From: Candidatus Latescibacterota bacterium
GTDB taxonomy: Bacteria; Latescibacterota; UBA2968; UBA8231
Reading direction: 5' to 3'
NCBI GenBank assembly: GCA_965242865.1
Contig: CBDETK010000013.1
Location: 4,928,001 to 4,992,000 of the forward strand
DNA: 64,000 nucleotides
Below the pieces are notes generated by a model. The model did not search any database, was not told where the DNA came from, and saw only the letters and a program-made list of their open reading frames with translations. Positions 1 through 9,145 of the stretch are shown piece after piece. Every line of letters begins with the position of its first letter. The first letter of the stretch is position 1. The position numbers and the translations under genes are program-made.

Positions 1-128
1 ATGAAGAGGAAGTCGCCGGCTTGGCGGGCTGGGCTGAAGGGCAGGGCCTTGAGGGGCACGGCCTCTTGGGCAAAGGCGGGCGAGATGGCGAGCGCACAGG
101 CAAGCGCGGCGCGGATACAGCTTTTCAT
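1..128 (-). CDS. RidA/YjgF-family protein with N-terminal signal peptide (partial, runs off window start)
   Basis: Own translation: MKSCIRAALACALAISPAFAQEAVPLKALPFSPARQAGDFLF...; AFA-Q signal peptidase site; 'PFSPAxxAGDFLF' is the Rid-family N-terminal motif; AGGAGAG RBS at 134-140 on the minus strand. Confidence 0.7.
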   Translation of the reverse strand, partial: MKSCIRAALACALAISPAFAQEAVPLKALPFSPARQAGDFLF

Positions 129-230
129 AAGGACTCTCCTGATTCGGGTTGAAGGCCGTTAATAAGCGGAATAGGCTATGCGGCGACAACCGGGGCTAGT
201 CGCCGCTGCGGCAGGGCTAGTGTCTTTTAT

Positions 231-371
231 TTTGTTCCTTTTGAGGAAATCGAGGAAAACGACTTCAATTTGAACATTCCGCGGTACGTGGATACGTTTG
301 AGGAAGAGATTGATATTGATGCGATGGGGGGGAGATGGGTAGGTTATGGAGGGCATCCGCAGGTGACGTAA
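231..371 (+). pseudogene. hsdM: C-terminal remnant of type I restriction-modification methyltransferase HsdM
   Basis: Frame from 231 reads FVPFEEIEENDFNLNIPRYVDTFEEEIDIDA, matching the HsdM C-terminal 'EIxxNDxNLNIPRYVD' motif; no in-frame start codon in the ~70 bp upstream. Confidence 0.7.
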
Positions 372-390
372 ACAAAAGGAGAGCAAAGGC

Positions 391-804
391 ATGAGACGAC
401 GAGAAGCCCGCCTTATTTTGGGCGTAGATGAGGACGCTACCACAGACGCGATAAAGTCGGCGTTTCGCCGCTATGCGCTGCAGTATCACCCGGACCGCAA
501 CCCGGACAACCCAGAGGCCGAGGAGGCTTTTAAGAAGGGTGTTCACGCCTATCGCTTGCTGACGGGACAGGAGCAATCCGATTTGGATTCATTATTGGAG
601 CAGTTTGAGGATATAGAGCAGGCTCTCGGCAACATAGAGCAGTCCTTTGACCGATTTGAAAAAAGTATGTCCGAAGGATTTGAAAGCATTTCCGAAGGAC
701 TCGACAAGATCGACAAGAAGATGTCCCACATGTTTAAGTTGAGCATCGCCGTGATGATTTTCACGACTCTATCGTTGGGGCTTCTCATCTGGTTCGGTTT
801 CTGA
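391..804 (+). CDS. J-domain (DnaJ-like) protein with coiled coil and C-terminal membrane anchor
   Basis: ILGV...[18 protein letters not shown]...AEEAFK J-domain with HPD motif; heptad-like acidic middle; hydrophobic C-terminus; AGGAGAG RBS. Confidence 0.85.
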   Translation: MRRREARLILGVDEDATTDAIKSAFRRYALQYHPDRNPDNPEAEEAFKKGVHAYRLLTGQEQSDLDSLLEQFEDIEQALGNIEQSFDRFEKSMSEGFESISEGLDKIDKKMSHMFKLSIAVMIFTTLSLGLLIWFGF

Positions 805-840
805 CTTGAGAAGACGAGGAGGAGAGGGGTGAGTAGAAAG

Positions 841-879
841 ATGGCGAAAGATGATGCGTTGCCGGAGAGGTGGCGGTGA
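841..879 (+). pseudogene. Possible N-terminal stub of type I RM specificity subunit HsdS
   Basis: MAKDDALPERWR* resembles the 'LPxGWxW' start of HsdS proteins; lies downstream of the hsdM remnant; very short. Confidence 0.35.
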
Positions 880-948
880 AAAGAAAACCTAAACCTTTCA
901 AGTCATTTCGGATTGCTATATATGCAGAGCACGAAAGGTCGAGTTGCT

Positions 949-2079
949 CTAAAACTCCATATAGGGTTCAGACTCAATCGGCGCAAACGACTTAGGCGGA
1001 TGTTGCGCTACAACATCTTCTCGCAACGCTACCCCCCAACCCGGCCCTTCAGGCGGCACACAATGTCCATCGATTACTTCAATCGGCTGGGTGAGCACCT
1101 TGTTGTACCGATCAATCGACGACACAAAAATTTCCTGCATCAAACTGTTGTGAACGCACAGATCCAAATGCAGGCTGGCGATGGTTGAAATCGGCCCGTT
1201 GGAATTGTGGGGTGCTATTGTCACGTAATAGGTTTCGGCCATGGCAGCGATTTTCTTCAGCTCGGTGATGCCGCCGGCGTGGCAAATATCCGGCTGAATA
1301 AGCCCGACCGCATTTAGCTCCAACAACGCGCGAAATTCCCAGCGCGTGTACAACTGCTCGCCGGTTGCAATGGGCACGTTCACCTCGTGAGCAAATTGCG
1401 CCAGCGCTTGGGGATTATCCCACAAAATCGGCTCTTCCATCCACGCAATGTTATAAGGCTCTAGTTCCTGCGCCACCCGCCTCGCGCTCCACATATTCAA
1501 TCGCGCCCGAATGTCAATTCCTATTTCAATTTGCGACCCGGCCGCTTCGCGCGCCGCTTCCACCAAGGCGATCCCCTGCTGAATTCGCGCGATTGTTGCC
1601 ACCTGTGGGCCGCGAAAAGGGTAAAACTTCAGTGCTTCATAGCCCTGATCGACCACCCGTTTTACGCCCTCGGCAATCCCTTCCGGGGTGTTGCTCTTGC
1701 GCGTCCACCCATTGGCGTACATGCGAATTTTGTCGTGCGATTTTCCACCCAACAATTCGTACACGGGGACGCCCAAGGCTTGGCCTTTGATATCCCACAA
1801 CGCCAGATCAATCGCACTGATCGCACTCGTCGTCACCGACCCACCCGACCACGTCACCCGCCGATACAGGGAAGTCCAGATTCGCTCAATTTCAAACGGA
1901 TTTTTGCCTAGCAGAAAGCGCTTGAACGCGACAAACTCGCCGATCAATCCGTCGTCCTTAAACTGCAAACTGGCCTCGCCCCAACCGCAAATCCCGGCGT
2001 CTGTCTCAATTTTTACAAACGTCCAATTGTTCCTGCCCTCCGATCCCATCCGCACCACCTGCAAATCCGTGATTTTCAT
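949..2079 (-). CDS. Mandelate racemase/enolase-superfamily acid-sugar dehydratase (galactonate dehydratase DgoD-like)
   Basis: Start at MKITDLQ with GAAGGAG RBS; motifs GWGE, SAIDLALWDIKG, WMEEP, ATGE, QPDICHAGGITE, APHN. Confidence 0.85.
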   Translation of the reverse strand: MKITDLQVVRMGSEGRNNWTFVKIETDAGICGWGEASLQFKDDGLIGEFVAFKRFLLGKNPFEIERIWTSLYRRVTWSGGSVTTSAISAIDLALWDIKGQALGVPVYELLGGKSHDKIRMYANGWTRKSNTPEGIAEGVKRVVDQGYEALKFYPFRGPQVATIARIQQGIALVEAAREAAGSQIEIGIDIRARLNMWSARRVAQELEPYNIAWMEEPILWDNPQALAQFAHEVNVPIATGEQLYTRWEFRALLELNAVGLIQPDICHAGGITELKKIAAMAETYYVTIAPHNSNGPISTIASLHLDLCVHNSLMQEIFVSSIDRYNKVLTQPIEVIDGHCVPPEGPGWGVALREDVVAQHPPKSFAPIESEPYMEF

Positions 2080-2105
2080 GTGTGCTCCTTCGTTAGATTG
2101 TAGCT

Positions 2106-3335
2106 TCAGATCACGCGCCACCACGGGGCGGCGAGGACGCGATCGGTGAGCCAAAACGTCTCTGTGCCATCGTAGAGGACGATCCCGCGCTGCGCCATAT
2201 CGGAGTACTCGTCGAGGAACGCATGCAAATGCCGCACGTCTGCGGTGCGGACGCTCGCGGCGGCCTTTACTTCCACGGGCAGCAGACGCCGGCCCGTTTC
2301 GATGACGAAATCGACTTCAGCCCCCTTGGTCGTCCGCCAAAAGAGAATCTCGGTGCGTGCGACGAGCGTAGAAGCCCAAGCGAGCAGGTCGCAGAGCACC
2401 ATGTTCTCTAGGTGTGCGCCGCGAGGATGCGACTCGCCCGCTAAGTGTAGAGCCAATCCGGTGTCGCTCCAGTAGAGTTTAGCTGACTTGACCAGCCGTT
2501 TCGTCCGGTTGACAGAATAGGCCGGCAGTCTCACGAACTGGAACGATACCTCCAGCAGGTTGAGATACCGCTGCACTGTGGAGGGCGCGAGCTGTACGTC
2601 CCGGGCTAGATCGGCCTGATTCAGGAGCCCTCCAACGCGCAGACAGGCGGCCGTCATCAACCGCCGCAAGTCGGTTATGCTCTCGATGGCGGATAGACGC
2701 GGAATATCCCGCTCTAGGTACGTGGCCGCATAGCCTTCAAACCAGAGCCGCCGGTCGTCATCGTCCAGTAACTCATGGGCCGGGACGGGATAACCGCCGC
2801 GTCGGGCGAGGGCCATCCACGGCTCCGCTTGGGCTGGCTCCGCCAGCAGCACCTCTCGCCACGCATCAGCAGGTGCATCTACCAGTGCTGTCCACATACC
2901 AGACTGGGCCAACCCGCGCTGTTCCCGCCGGGTCATGGGCCAGAGCGTCAAGTAGCTGGCGCGTCCGGCCAGCGTTTCGCCCACCTCCTTCATCAGCAGC
3001 AGATTGGCCGACCCCGTCAGGAGGAAACGGCCAGCCACTCGGTTTTCGTCGACGAGGCGCTTGATGGCGAGCAGCAGATGCGGCACCCGCTGGATCTCAT
3101 CGAGCGTGATTTTCACGGCCCGAGCGGCCAAAGCGTCCGGTGCGCGTTGGGCCTGCTCGAGGATGGCGTAGTCGTCCAAGGTGAAGTACGATCGGTCTGT
3201 TCCAATGGGATGCATGCGGGCGAGGGTGCTTTTGCCGGTTTGTCGCGCACCCGTGAGAACCGCTACGGGCATGACTCTCAGCGTGCGCTCCAAGTGCTCG
3301 GAAGCGAGTCGAGGCAACAGTTGATTCGCGTTCAT
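2106..3335 (-). CDS. AAA+ ATPase with DUF4143 C-terminal domain
   Basis: Walker A GARQTGKS, LDEIQ, LTGS, GGYP, YLERD, KLYWSDTG, EVDFV...PVEVK; start set at MNANQ. Confidence 0.9.
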   Translation of the reverse strand: MNANQLLPRLASEHLERTLRVMPVAVLTGARQTGKSTLARMHPIGTDRSYFTLDDYAILEQAQRAPDALAARAVKITLDEIQRVPHLLLAIKRLVDENRVAGRFLLTGSANLLLMKEVGETLAGRASYLTLWPMTRREQRGLAQSGMWTALVDAPADAWREVLLAEPAQAEPWMALARRGGYPVPAHELLDDDDRRLWFEGYAATYLERDIPRLSAIESITDLRRLMTAACLRVGGLLNQADLARDVQLAPSTVQRYLNLLEVSFQFVRLPAYSVNRTKRLVKSAKLYWSDTGLALHLAGESHPRGAHLENMVLCDLLAWASTLVARTEILFWRTTKGAEVDFVIETGRRLLPVEVKAAASVRTADVRHLHAFLDEYSDMAQRGIVLYDGTETFWLTDRVLAAPWWRVI

Positions 3336-3376
3336 ATACCCATGATATGGGTGAAAATCACCCACGGCAAGGGTGA

Positions 3377-4417
3377 TTATGCCCGCCCAAAGCGCACTCC
3401 CGTCGGTATAATCCCCACGTCCTCCCCGCGCCGCATGGTCTCGGCCGCATCGAGTACGCTCGCCAAGTCGTGCTCGGGCGCAAACCCCAATTTTTCCTTG
3501 ATGTTGGTCAAATCCAACTCGAAAAAGTTCCAATCCGGGCGGCGCGCCTCCACGAATTTCAGCCCGAAGCGCTCGGCGAGATAGGGCACGACCTCGCCCC
3601 AGTCAAACAGCGCGGCCCCGCCCAGATTGAACACCTCGCCCACGGCCTCGTCCCGCTCCAGCGCCAATACCAGCCCTTGGACGATGTCGCGCACATCGGC
3701 AAATTGCTGCTTATAGGGCCGCCCGTCTGGATTCCGCGCCAGCAAGAATTGCTCCTCGCCTGTCCACAAGGCCCTGATTTGCTCGGCAAAGGCCCCGTCT
3801 TGATCCTTGCATCGCTCGTAGGTCGGCCCCAACAAGAACAGGGGCGGCAAGCCGCTTTCGTCGAGGAATTCGCCCGGCTCAATAATCGTGGCAAAGCGCG
3901 TGGTCACCGACGGCAGCCCAAACTGCAAGTGATAGCTCATCACCAGCTCTTCGCCGATCCACTTGGTCAGGAAGTAGGGCATCGTCTGGTAGCGGGCGAC
4001 TTGGTCTTCGCGAATCGGCTCTTCAAAGCAGCGACCGTTGTAGGGGTTGCTCCAGTAAATCGCCTCGGTAGAAGCATAGACCAAGCGGTGCAGGCTGGGC
4101 GTTAGCTCGCGGATGGCCTCCAGCAGGTTGATGGTGCCCATGCCGTTGATTGCGAGGTATTCGCGGTGGCCGAAGGGGCCGCCAAAGGCCGCGGCAATGT
4201 GGTACACCGCATCGACGCCGTCGACGGCGCGGCGCACAGCGGCAAAATCGCGCAAATCGCCTTCGAGGGTCTCGACGCGCTCAAAGCTGTCGAGCTTGTG
4301 GGCGCGGCTTTGGTCGCCGGGATAGACAAACGAGCGGATGTCGTGCCCTTTGTCGAGCAGGGCTCTGGCTAGATTGGCTCCGACGCGGCCGGTGCCGCCA
4401 GTGATTAGGATTTTCAC
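3377..4417 (-). CDS. NAD(P)-dependent epimerase/dehydratase (extended SDR)
   Basis: ITGGTGRVG Rossmann motif, HIAA, YxxxK (YFLTK), DVRDIV. Confidence 0.9.
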   Translation of the reverse strand: MKILITGGTGRVGANLARALLDKGHDIRSFVYPGDQSRAHKLDSFERVETLEGDLRDFAAVRRAVDGVDAVYHIAAAFGGPFGHREYLAINGMGTINLLEAIRELTPSLHRLVYASTEAIYWSNPYNGRCFEEPIREDQVARYQTMPYFLTKWIGEELVMSYHLQFGLPSVTTRFATIIEPGEFLDESGLPPLFLLGPTYERCKDQDGAFAEQIRALWTGEEQFLLARNPDGRPYKQQFADVRDIVQGLVLALERDEAVGEVFNLGGAALFDWGEVVPYLAERFGLKFVEARRPDWNFFELDLTNIKEKLGFAPEHDLASVLDAAETMRRGEDVGIIPTGVRFGRA

Positions 4418-4450
4418 GTTGCACCTCTCTGGTGATGGGGATGAAGGGTC

Positions 4451-5947
4451 TTAGCGGGTAGCGGGCAGGGCGCTGGCCAAGAGCTTTTCCGGCGTGGCCT
4501 CGGCCCGTTCGTACTCGGCGGCGATTCGCCCTTCGCGCATCGCGTACATCCGGTCGCACAGCCCCAAAATTTCGGGCATTTCCGAGGAGAAGATCGCAAT
4601 GGCCAGTCCCCCGTGCGCCAGTTCGTCCAGCAATTGATAGATCTCGGCCTTGGCGCCGACATCGATGCCCCGGGTCGGCTCATCCACGAGCAGCACCCGC
4701 AAGTTTTCCTTGAGCAGCCAGCGGGCCAGCAGGACCTTTTGCTGATTGCCGCCGCTGAGCCGAGCGATGGCCTGCTCTGGGTCCGGGGGCCGCACGCGCA
4801 AGCGCGCAATGAGTGCGCCGACTTGTTGCCGCTCCCTGCCTGTTTGCACGTGCCCAGCGCGGCAGAACTGCTCCAAGGCCGCGACGCTCGCGTTGGCCCG
4901 CACGCTCTGCTGCGCGAACAGGCCGTCGGCCCGGCGATCCTCCGGCACGAGTCCCAACCCCAAGGAGCGCGCCCGCGCCGGTGCGTTGGCCGGCAGGGCG
5001 ACCCCGGCGATGGCGACCGTGCCAGCGCGGCGGCGATCCGCGCCGAGTATGGCCCGCGCCAGTTCGGTGCGCCCGGCACCCATCAGCCCGGAAAACCCGA
5101 CGATTTCTCCGGCGCACACCCGGAAGGAAATATCCCGCACCCGATCGGTGGTCAACCCCTCCACCTCCAGCACCGCCGGCCCTGGGGTGCGTCCGGTCGC
5201 GGGAAAACCTTGGCCCAACGCCCGCCCAACCATGAGCGCGATGAGTTGCTCCTCGTCGAGGTCCGCGGCTCGCTCGCAGGCGACGCGCTCGCCATCGCGC
5301 AAGACCGTCACGCGGTCGGCCAGTGCCATGACCTCGGCGAGCTTGTGCGATACATAGACCACGCCCACGCCGCGCGCCTTGAGCCGGGCGATGAGCGCAA
5401 AGAGGGTGTCGATCTCGCGGGTGCTCAGGGCCGAGGTCGGCTCGTCCATGACGATTATTTGGGCGTCACACGCCAAGGCCCGGGCGATCTCGACCAATTG
5501 CTGCGCGGCTACCCCGAGGTGGCCGACGTGGGTCTGCGGATCGACCGCCAGCCCGACTTGGGCCAATAGCGTAGCCGAAGCGTCGTAGAGCGCGTTCCAC
5601 TGGACGCGCCCACCGCGCCCGTGCGGCAGGCGGCCAAAGAACAAATTCTCGGCCACCGAAAGCGAGGGGACCAACTCTAACTCTTGGTACACGACCGCCA
5701 GCCCGTGCTCTAGGGCTTGGCGCGGATGGCGCATAGCTACGGGGCGACCGGCGATTCGATAGCGGCCCCGGTCGTAGCGGTACACGCCAGCCGCGATTTT
5801 GATCAAGGTGCTCTTGCCCGCGCCGTTTTCCCCGACCAGCGCGTGGACTTCTCCGCGCTGCACCGCAAAATCAACGCCTTTGAGCGCATAGACGCCGGGG
5901 AAGCGCTTGTGAATGTTCTCTAAGGAGAAAAGCGGGGTCGGGGTCAT
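4451..5947 (-). CDS. Monosaccharide ABC transporter ATP-binding protein (RbsA/MglA type)
   Basis: GENGAGKST, MDEPT, LSGGNQQKV, DEPTRGIDVGAK; two ABC domains. Confidence 0.95.
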   Translation of the reverse strand: MTPTPLFSLENIHKRFPGVYALKGVDFAVQRGEVHALVGENGAGKSTLIKIAAGVYRYDRGRYRIAGRPVAMRHPRQALEHGLAVVYQELELVPSLSVAENLFFGRLPHGRGGRVQWNALYDASATLLAQVGLAVDPQTHVGHLGVAAQQLVEIARALACDAQIIVMDEPTSALSTREIDTLFALIARLKARGVGVVYVSHKLAEVMALADRVTVLRDGERVACERAADLDEEQLIALMVGRALGQGFPATGRTPGPAVLEVEGLTTDRVRDISFRVCAGEIVGFSGLMGAGRTELARAILGADRRRAGTVAIAGVALPANAPARARSLGLGLVPEDRRADGLFAQQSVRANASVAALEQFCRAGHVQTGRERQQVGALIARLRVRPPDPEQAIARLSGGNQQKVLLARWLLKENLRVLLVDEPTRGIDVGAKAEIYQLLDELAHGGLAIAIFSSEMPEILGLCDRMYAMREGRIAAEYERAEATPEKLLASALPATR

Positions 5948-6915
5948 GTCGGGGGAGCGAGTAGCCGCCGCAGGAGGCTCTGCTTGCGCCGGGTGTCCAG
6001 GTACACGGCGAGGATAATGACCGCGCCGCGTGCAATGTCGTGGTAGAAGGACGACACGTTCAAAAGCACCAAGCCGTTGGAGAGCACCGTCAGGATCAAG
6101 ATGCCGATAAAAGCTCCGCCGAGCGTCCCCACGCCGCCCGTCAGGCTGATGCCGCCCAAGATCACCGCCGCGATGACCTGCAACTCAAACCCCAAGCCGG
6201 CATTCGGCTGCCCGGAGTTGAGGCGCGAGGCCAAGATAAAGGCGCTCAACGCGGCCAGCACTCCGCCGAGCACAAAGACCAAGATGCGCGTGCGATCGAC
6301 GGCCAACCCCGCCAGCCGCGCCGCTTGGATGTTGCCGCCGATGGCGTAAATATAGCGGCCGAGAAGGGTGTGGTGCAGCACGTAGTAAAACAGCCCCAAC
6401 AGGGCGAAGGTCACCAGCACCGGAATTGGGACCGGCCCCCAGTGTCCGGTCCCCACTTCGACGAATCCTTGTACTGTGCCTTGGATGGATACCGCTTGGG
6501 TGCTGACCATGGCCGCGCCGCGCAAAATCGCCATCATGCCCAAGGTGGCGATCAGGGAGTTGATGCCCGTCTTGGTGACCAACAGGCCGTTGCACAGCCC
6601 GATGAGTGCCCCGGCGGCCAGGGCGGCGGCCAGGGCCAGTGCCACGCTGTCAAATTGGTTGAGCACCGCCACCGCGATGATCCCGGCTACGGCTTGGGTC
6701 GAGCCGACGCTCAGGTCGATCTCCCCGAGCAAGATGATCATCACCATGCCGATCCCGACGATGGCCACCAGCGAGGCGTCGCGCAGCACGTTCTTGATGT
6801 TGATGGCCGTAAAGAAGACCGGCGTCAGCAGGGAAATCCCCACGCAGAGCAAGACCAGCGCCAGCAACAGCCCGGCCTGCTCGCTGTGCAGCATCCTCGA
6901 CAGCAAGCGGTTCAT
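5944..6915 (-). CDS. Monosaccharide ABC transporter permease (RbsC type)
   Basis: GEIDLSVGS, GRYIYAIGGN..AARLAG, ELQVIAAVILGG; 4-bp overlaps with both neighbours. Confidence 0.95.
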   Translation of the reverse strand: MNRLLSRMLHSEQAGLLLALVLLCVGISLLTPVFFTAINIKNVLRDASLVAIVGIGMVMIILLGEIDLSVGSTQAVAGIIAVAVLNQFDSVALALAAALAAGALIGLCNGLLVTKTGINSLIATLGMMAILRGAAMVSTQAVSIQGTVQGFVEVGTGHWGPVPIPVLVTFALLGLFYYVLHHTLLGRYIYAIGGNIQAARLAGLAVDRTRILVFVLGGVLAALSAFILASRLNSGQPNAGLGFELQVIAAVILGGISLTGGVGTLGGAFIGILILTVLSNGLVLLNVSSFYHDIARGAVIILAVYLDTRRKQSLLRRLLAPPT

Positions 6916-7892
6916 TGCGGCATCAGGGCTTGCACCGCATCCACTTTGAGCACGAAGGGCGGCTCGGTGCTCGCGTCGTAGAAGCGGCCGAGCTGGTCGC
7001 GGGTGACGACGACCGTCGGCGTCTCGTAGTGGGCGGGCAGCGATTGGCCCTCGCTCAACCGCAGGGCCGCGTCGATCAGGGTCGCGCCGACGAAGTTGGG
7101 AAACATCGCCAAGGCCGCCGCGTAGGGCGTGTCGCTGGTGAGGGCCGTCTGTCCGACGGTGCCCTCGAAGCCAAAGCCGATCGCCGTTAGGGCTGCTTCG
7201 TCGAGGCCCGCGGCCCTGTAGGCCGCCATGCCGCCGGTCGTGGAATCGTCGTTGATGCCGTAGATGGCGTTGATGTGCGGGTTGGCCGTCAGCGCGTCTT
7301 GCGCCACCTTGAAGGCCTTTTCTTTGAGGCCCTGCCCATCGACCTCTTGGACGATCTGATGGGCGAGCCCCGAGGCCGCGAGCGCGTCCTTAAAGCCGGC
7401 GACCCGCTGCCGACAGTCCTCGAAGTTGGGGAAGCCGATGACGAGGATTTTGGGGTCGAGTCCTTTGGCTTGGGCATAGTCGGCAAACCACTCGCCGGCC
7501 TTGACCCCGCCGGCGTAGTTGTCGATCCCCACGTAGCTGTCGGCCCCGGGCACGGGGTTGGACTCGGTAATCACCTTGGTCCCCGCGGCCTTGGCCTGCC
7601 GCACCACCGGCCCCATCGCCTTGGCATCTACGGGCGACAAAATCAGCACCTCGACCCCTTGGGCGAGCAGGTTTTCGGCCTTGGAGATTTGCGCTGCCAC
7701 GTCGAGGTTGGCATCGGCGACGATCAGCTCGACGCCCAACTCGGCGGCCCGCGCTGTCGCCGACTTGCTAATGTTTTGGTACCACTCGTGCGACATGAAG
7801 TTGATCACGTAGCCGATCTTGAGGGTATCGGGCGCGTCGTCCGGCCGACCGCAGGCGATCAGCAGCAGACTCAGCAGCCATGTTTTTTTCAT
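6912..7892 (-). CDS. Sugar ABC transporter substrate-binding lipoprotein (RbsB type)
   Basis: Lipobox LIAC; periplasmic-binding-protein type I motifs (VGIDNY.GG, R..GF, IYGINDD). Confidence 0.9.
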   Translation of the reverse strand: MKKTWLLSLLLIACGRPDDAPDTLKIGYVINFMSHEWYQNISKSATARAAELGVELIVADANLDVAAQISKAENLLAQGVEVLILSPVDAKAMGPVVRQAKAAGTKVITESNPVPGADSYVGIDNYAGGVKAGEWFADYAQAKGLDPKILVIGFPNFEDCRQRVAGFKDALAASGLAHQIVQEVDGQGLKEKAFKVAQDALTANPHINAIYGINDDSTTGGMAAYRAAGLDEAALTAIGFGFEGTVGQTALTSDTPYAAALAMFPNFVGATLIDAALRLSEGQSLPAHYETPTVVVTRDQLGRFYDASTEPPFVLKVDAVQALMPQ

Positions 7893-7908
7893 CTATGTTC
7901 CTTTCTTA

Positions 7909-8892
7909 ACGTGAGTTCGGGTTAAGGTGAGGGTCTCCTTTTTGGCTAAACTTTAGGTATAACCCCTATACCCCTTAGCCATCCGGGAGCCCTCCCGATG
8001 AATTTAGTTGAACTGTTTTGCCCTGTCGATGATTTTTGCCCAGGCTTTGAGCCTTCGTGGATACGCGCCCAATTCACGGCGGGGCGTCGTCAGCGTCGGC
8101 GGGCGGGTTCCCTTTGTTTGAGCGAGATTATGACCTTGTTGATTTGGTTTCACCCGTCCCAGTATCGCACGTTCAAGGCGTTCTACCAGCAGCAGGTCTG
8201 TCGGCATCTACGCGGTGCGTTTCCGGGGTTAGTCCGCTATGGGCGTTTTGTCGAGCTAATGCCTTCGGCCCTTATTCCGTTAGGCGTCTATCTGCGCCAA
8301 TGTCAAGGCCCCTGCACGGGGATTTCGTTTATCGACTCCACTCCGTTGGCGGTCTGTGTGGCAGCGCGCAAGCACCAGCACCGCCTGTTTGCCGGCCTCG
8401 CCCAATGGGGCAAGAGTTCGACCGGGTGGTTTTTCGGCTTCAAGCTCCATCTGGTTTGCAATGATCAAGGCCAAGTGCTCCGCTGGGCTCTGACCCCTGG
8501 CAACGTCGATGATCGCCGACCTGTGGTCGGCTTGGTGCGCGACCTGTTTGGCGCGTTGGTCGCCGACCGAGGGTATATTTCCAGCACGCTAGGCCACCAA
8601 CTGAACGCACAGAGCACTCTCCGCTTGAGTACCAAGCCCCGATCCAACATGAAAAAGCACCCCCTGTCCCGCGCAGACCAACACCTGCTACATAAACGAA
8701 CCCTTATCGAAACCATCATCGGTCAACTTAAAAATATCGCCCAGATTGAGCACACCAGACATCGAAGCCCAATCAATTTTATGGTCCATCTCATCAGCGG
8801 ATTAGTCGCCTACGCTCACCAACCCAAAAAACCCACCTTAAAAACCAACAGGCCCAGCTAACCACCAGAGGCCGTTTAACCCGAACTCACGT
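7909..8892 (+). mobile_element. IS982-family insertion sequence
   Basis: Perfect 17-bp terminal inverted repeats (acgtgagttcgggttaa 7909-7925 / ttaacccgaactcacgt 8876-8892) with AC..GT ends; 7-bp direct repeat tttctta at 7902-7908 and 8893-8899. Confidence 0.95.
7998..8861 (+). CDS. IS982-family DDE transposase
   Basis: VDDFC, SEIMT, FIDSTPL, GWFFGFKLHL, ADRGYIS, KRTLIET...LKN motifs; uninterrupted 287-aa ORF. Confidence 0.95.
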   Translation: MNLVELFCPVDDFCPGFEPSWIRAQFTAGRRQRRRAGSLCLSEIMTLLIWFHPSQYRTFKAFYQQQVCRHLRGAFPGLVRYGRFVELMPSALIPLGVYLRQCQGPCTGISFIDSTPLAVCVAARKHQHRLFAGLAQWGKSSTGWFFGFKLHLVCNDQGQVLRWALTPGNVDDRRPVVGLVRDLFGALVADRGYISSTLGHQLNAQSTLRLSTKPRSNMKKHPLSRADQHLLHKRTLIETIIGQLKNIAQIEHTRHRSPINFMVHLISGLVAYAHQPKKPTLKTNRPS

Positions 8893-9145
8893 TTTCTTAG
8901 AGGCGGTCTGCAAACTCTGGTGGTCGTCCCTTGGATCTAAACGATCCCGGCTGGATTCCCGCTGTTGCGGGAGTATCCGTGTTTCGCGTCAAGCCTTTTT
9001 GTCTCCTGGTGGGGCGTGGTGTTCGACCCAAGGGGTTCCTCGCTGGGCAATGGCGTTGAGCAGCAGGAATGACGCCGGCAAAGCGGCGAATAAGACGACC
9101 ATGAAATTGCCCTCTGGACGCATTTGGCCGCATCGAGTATGCGAT

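Noticed and set aside
2775-7925. Long plus-strand ORFs (e.g. 2775-3584, 4613-5569, 6040-6981, 7275-7925)
   Set aside because: Antisense shadows of well-supported minus-strand genes in GC-rich DNA; no recognisable motifs.
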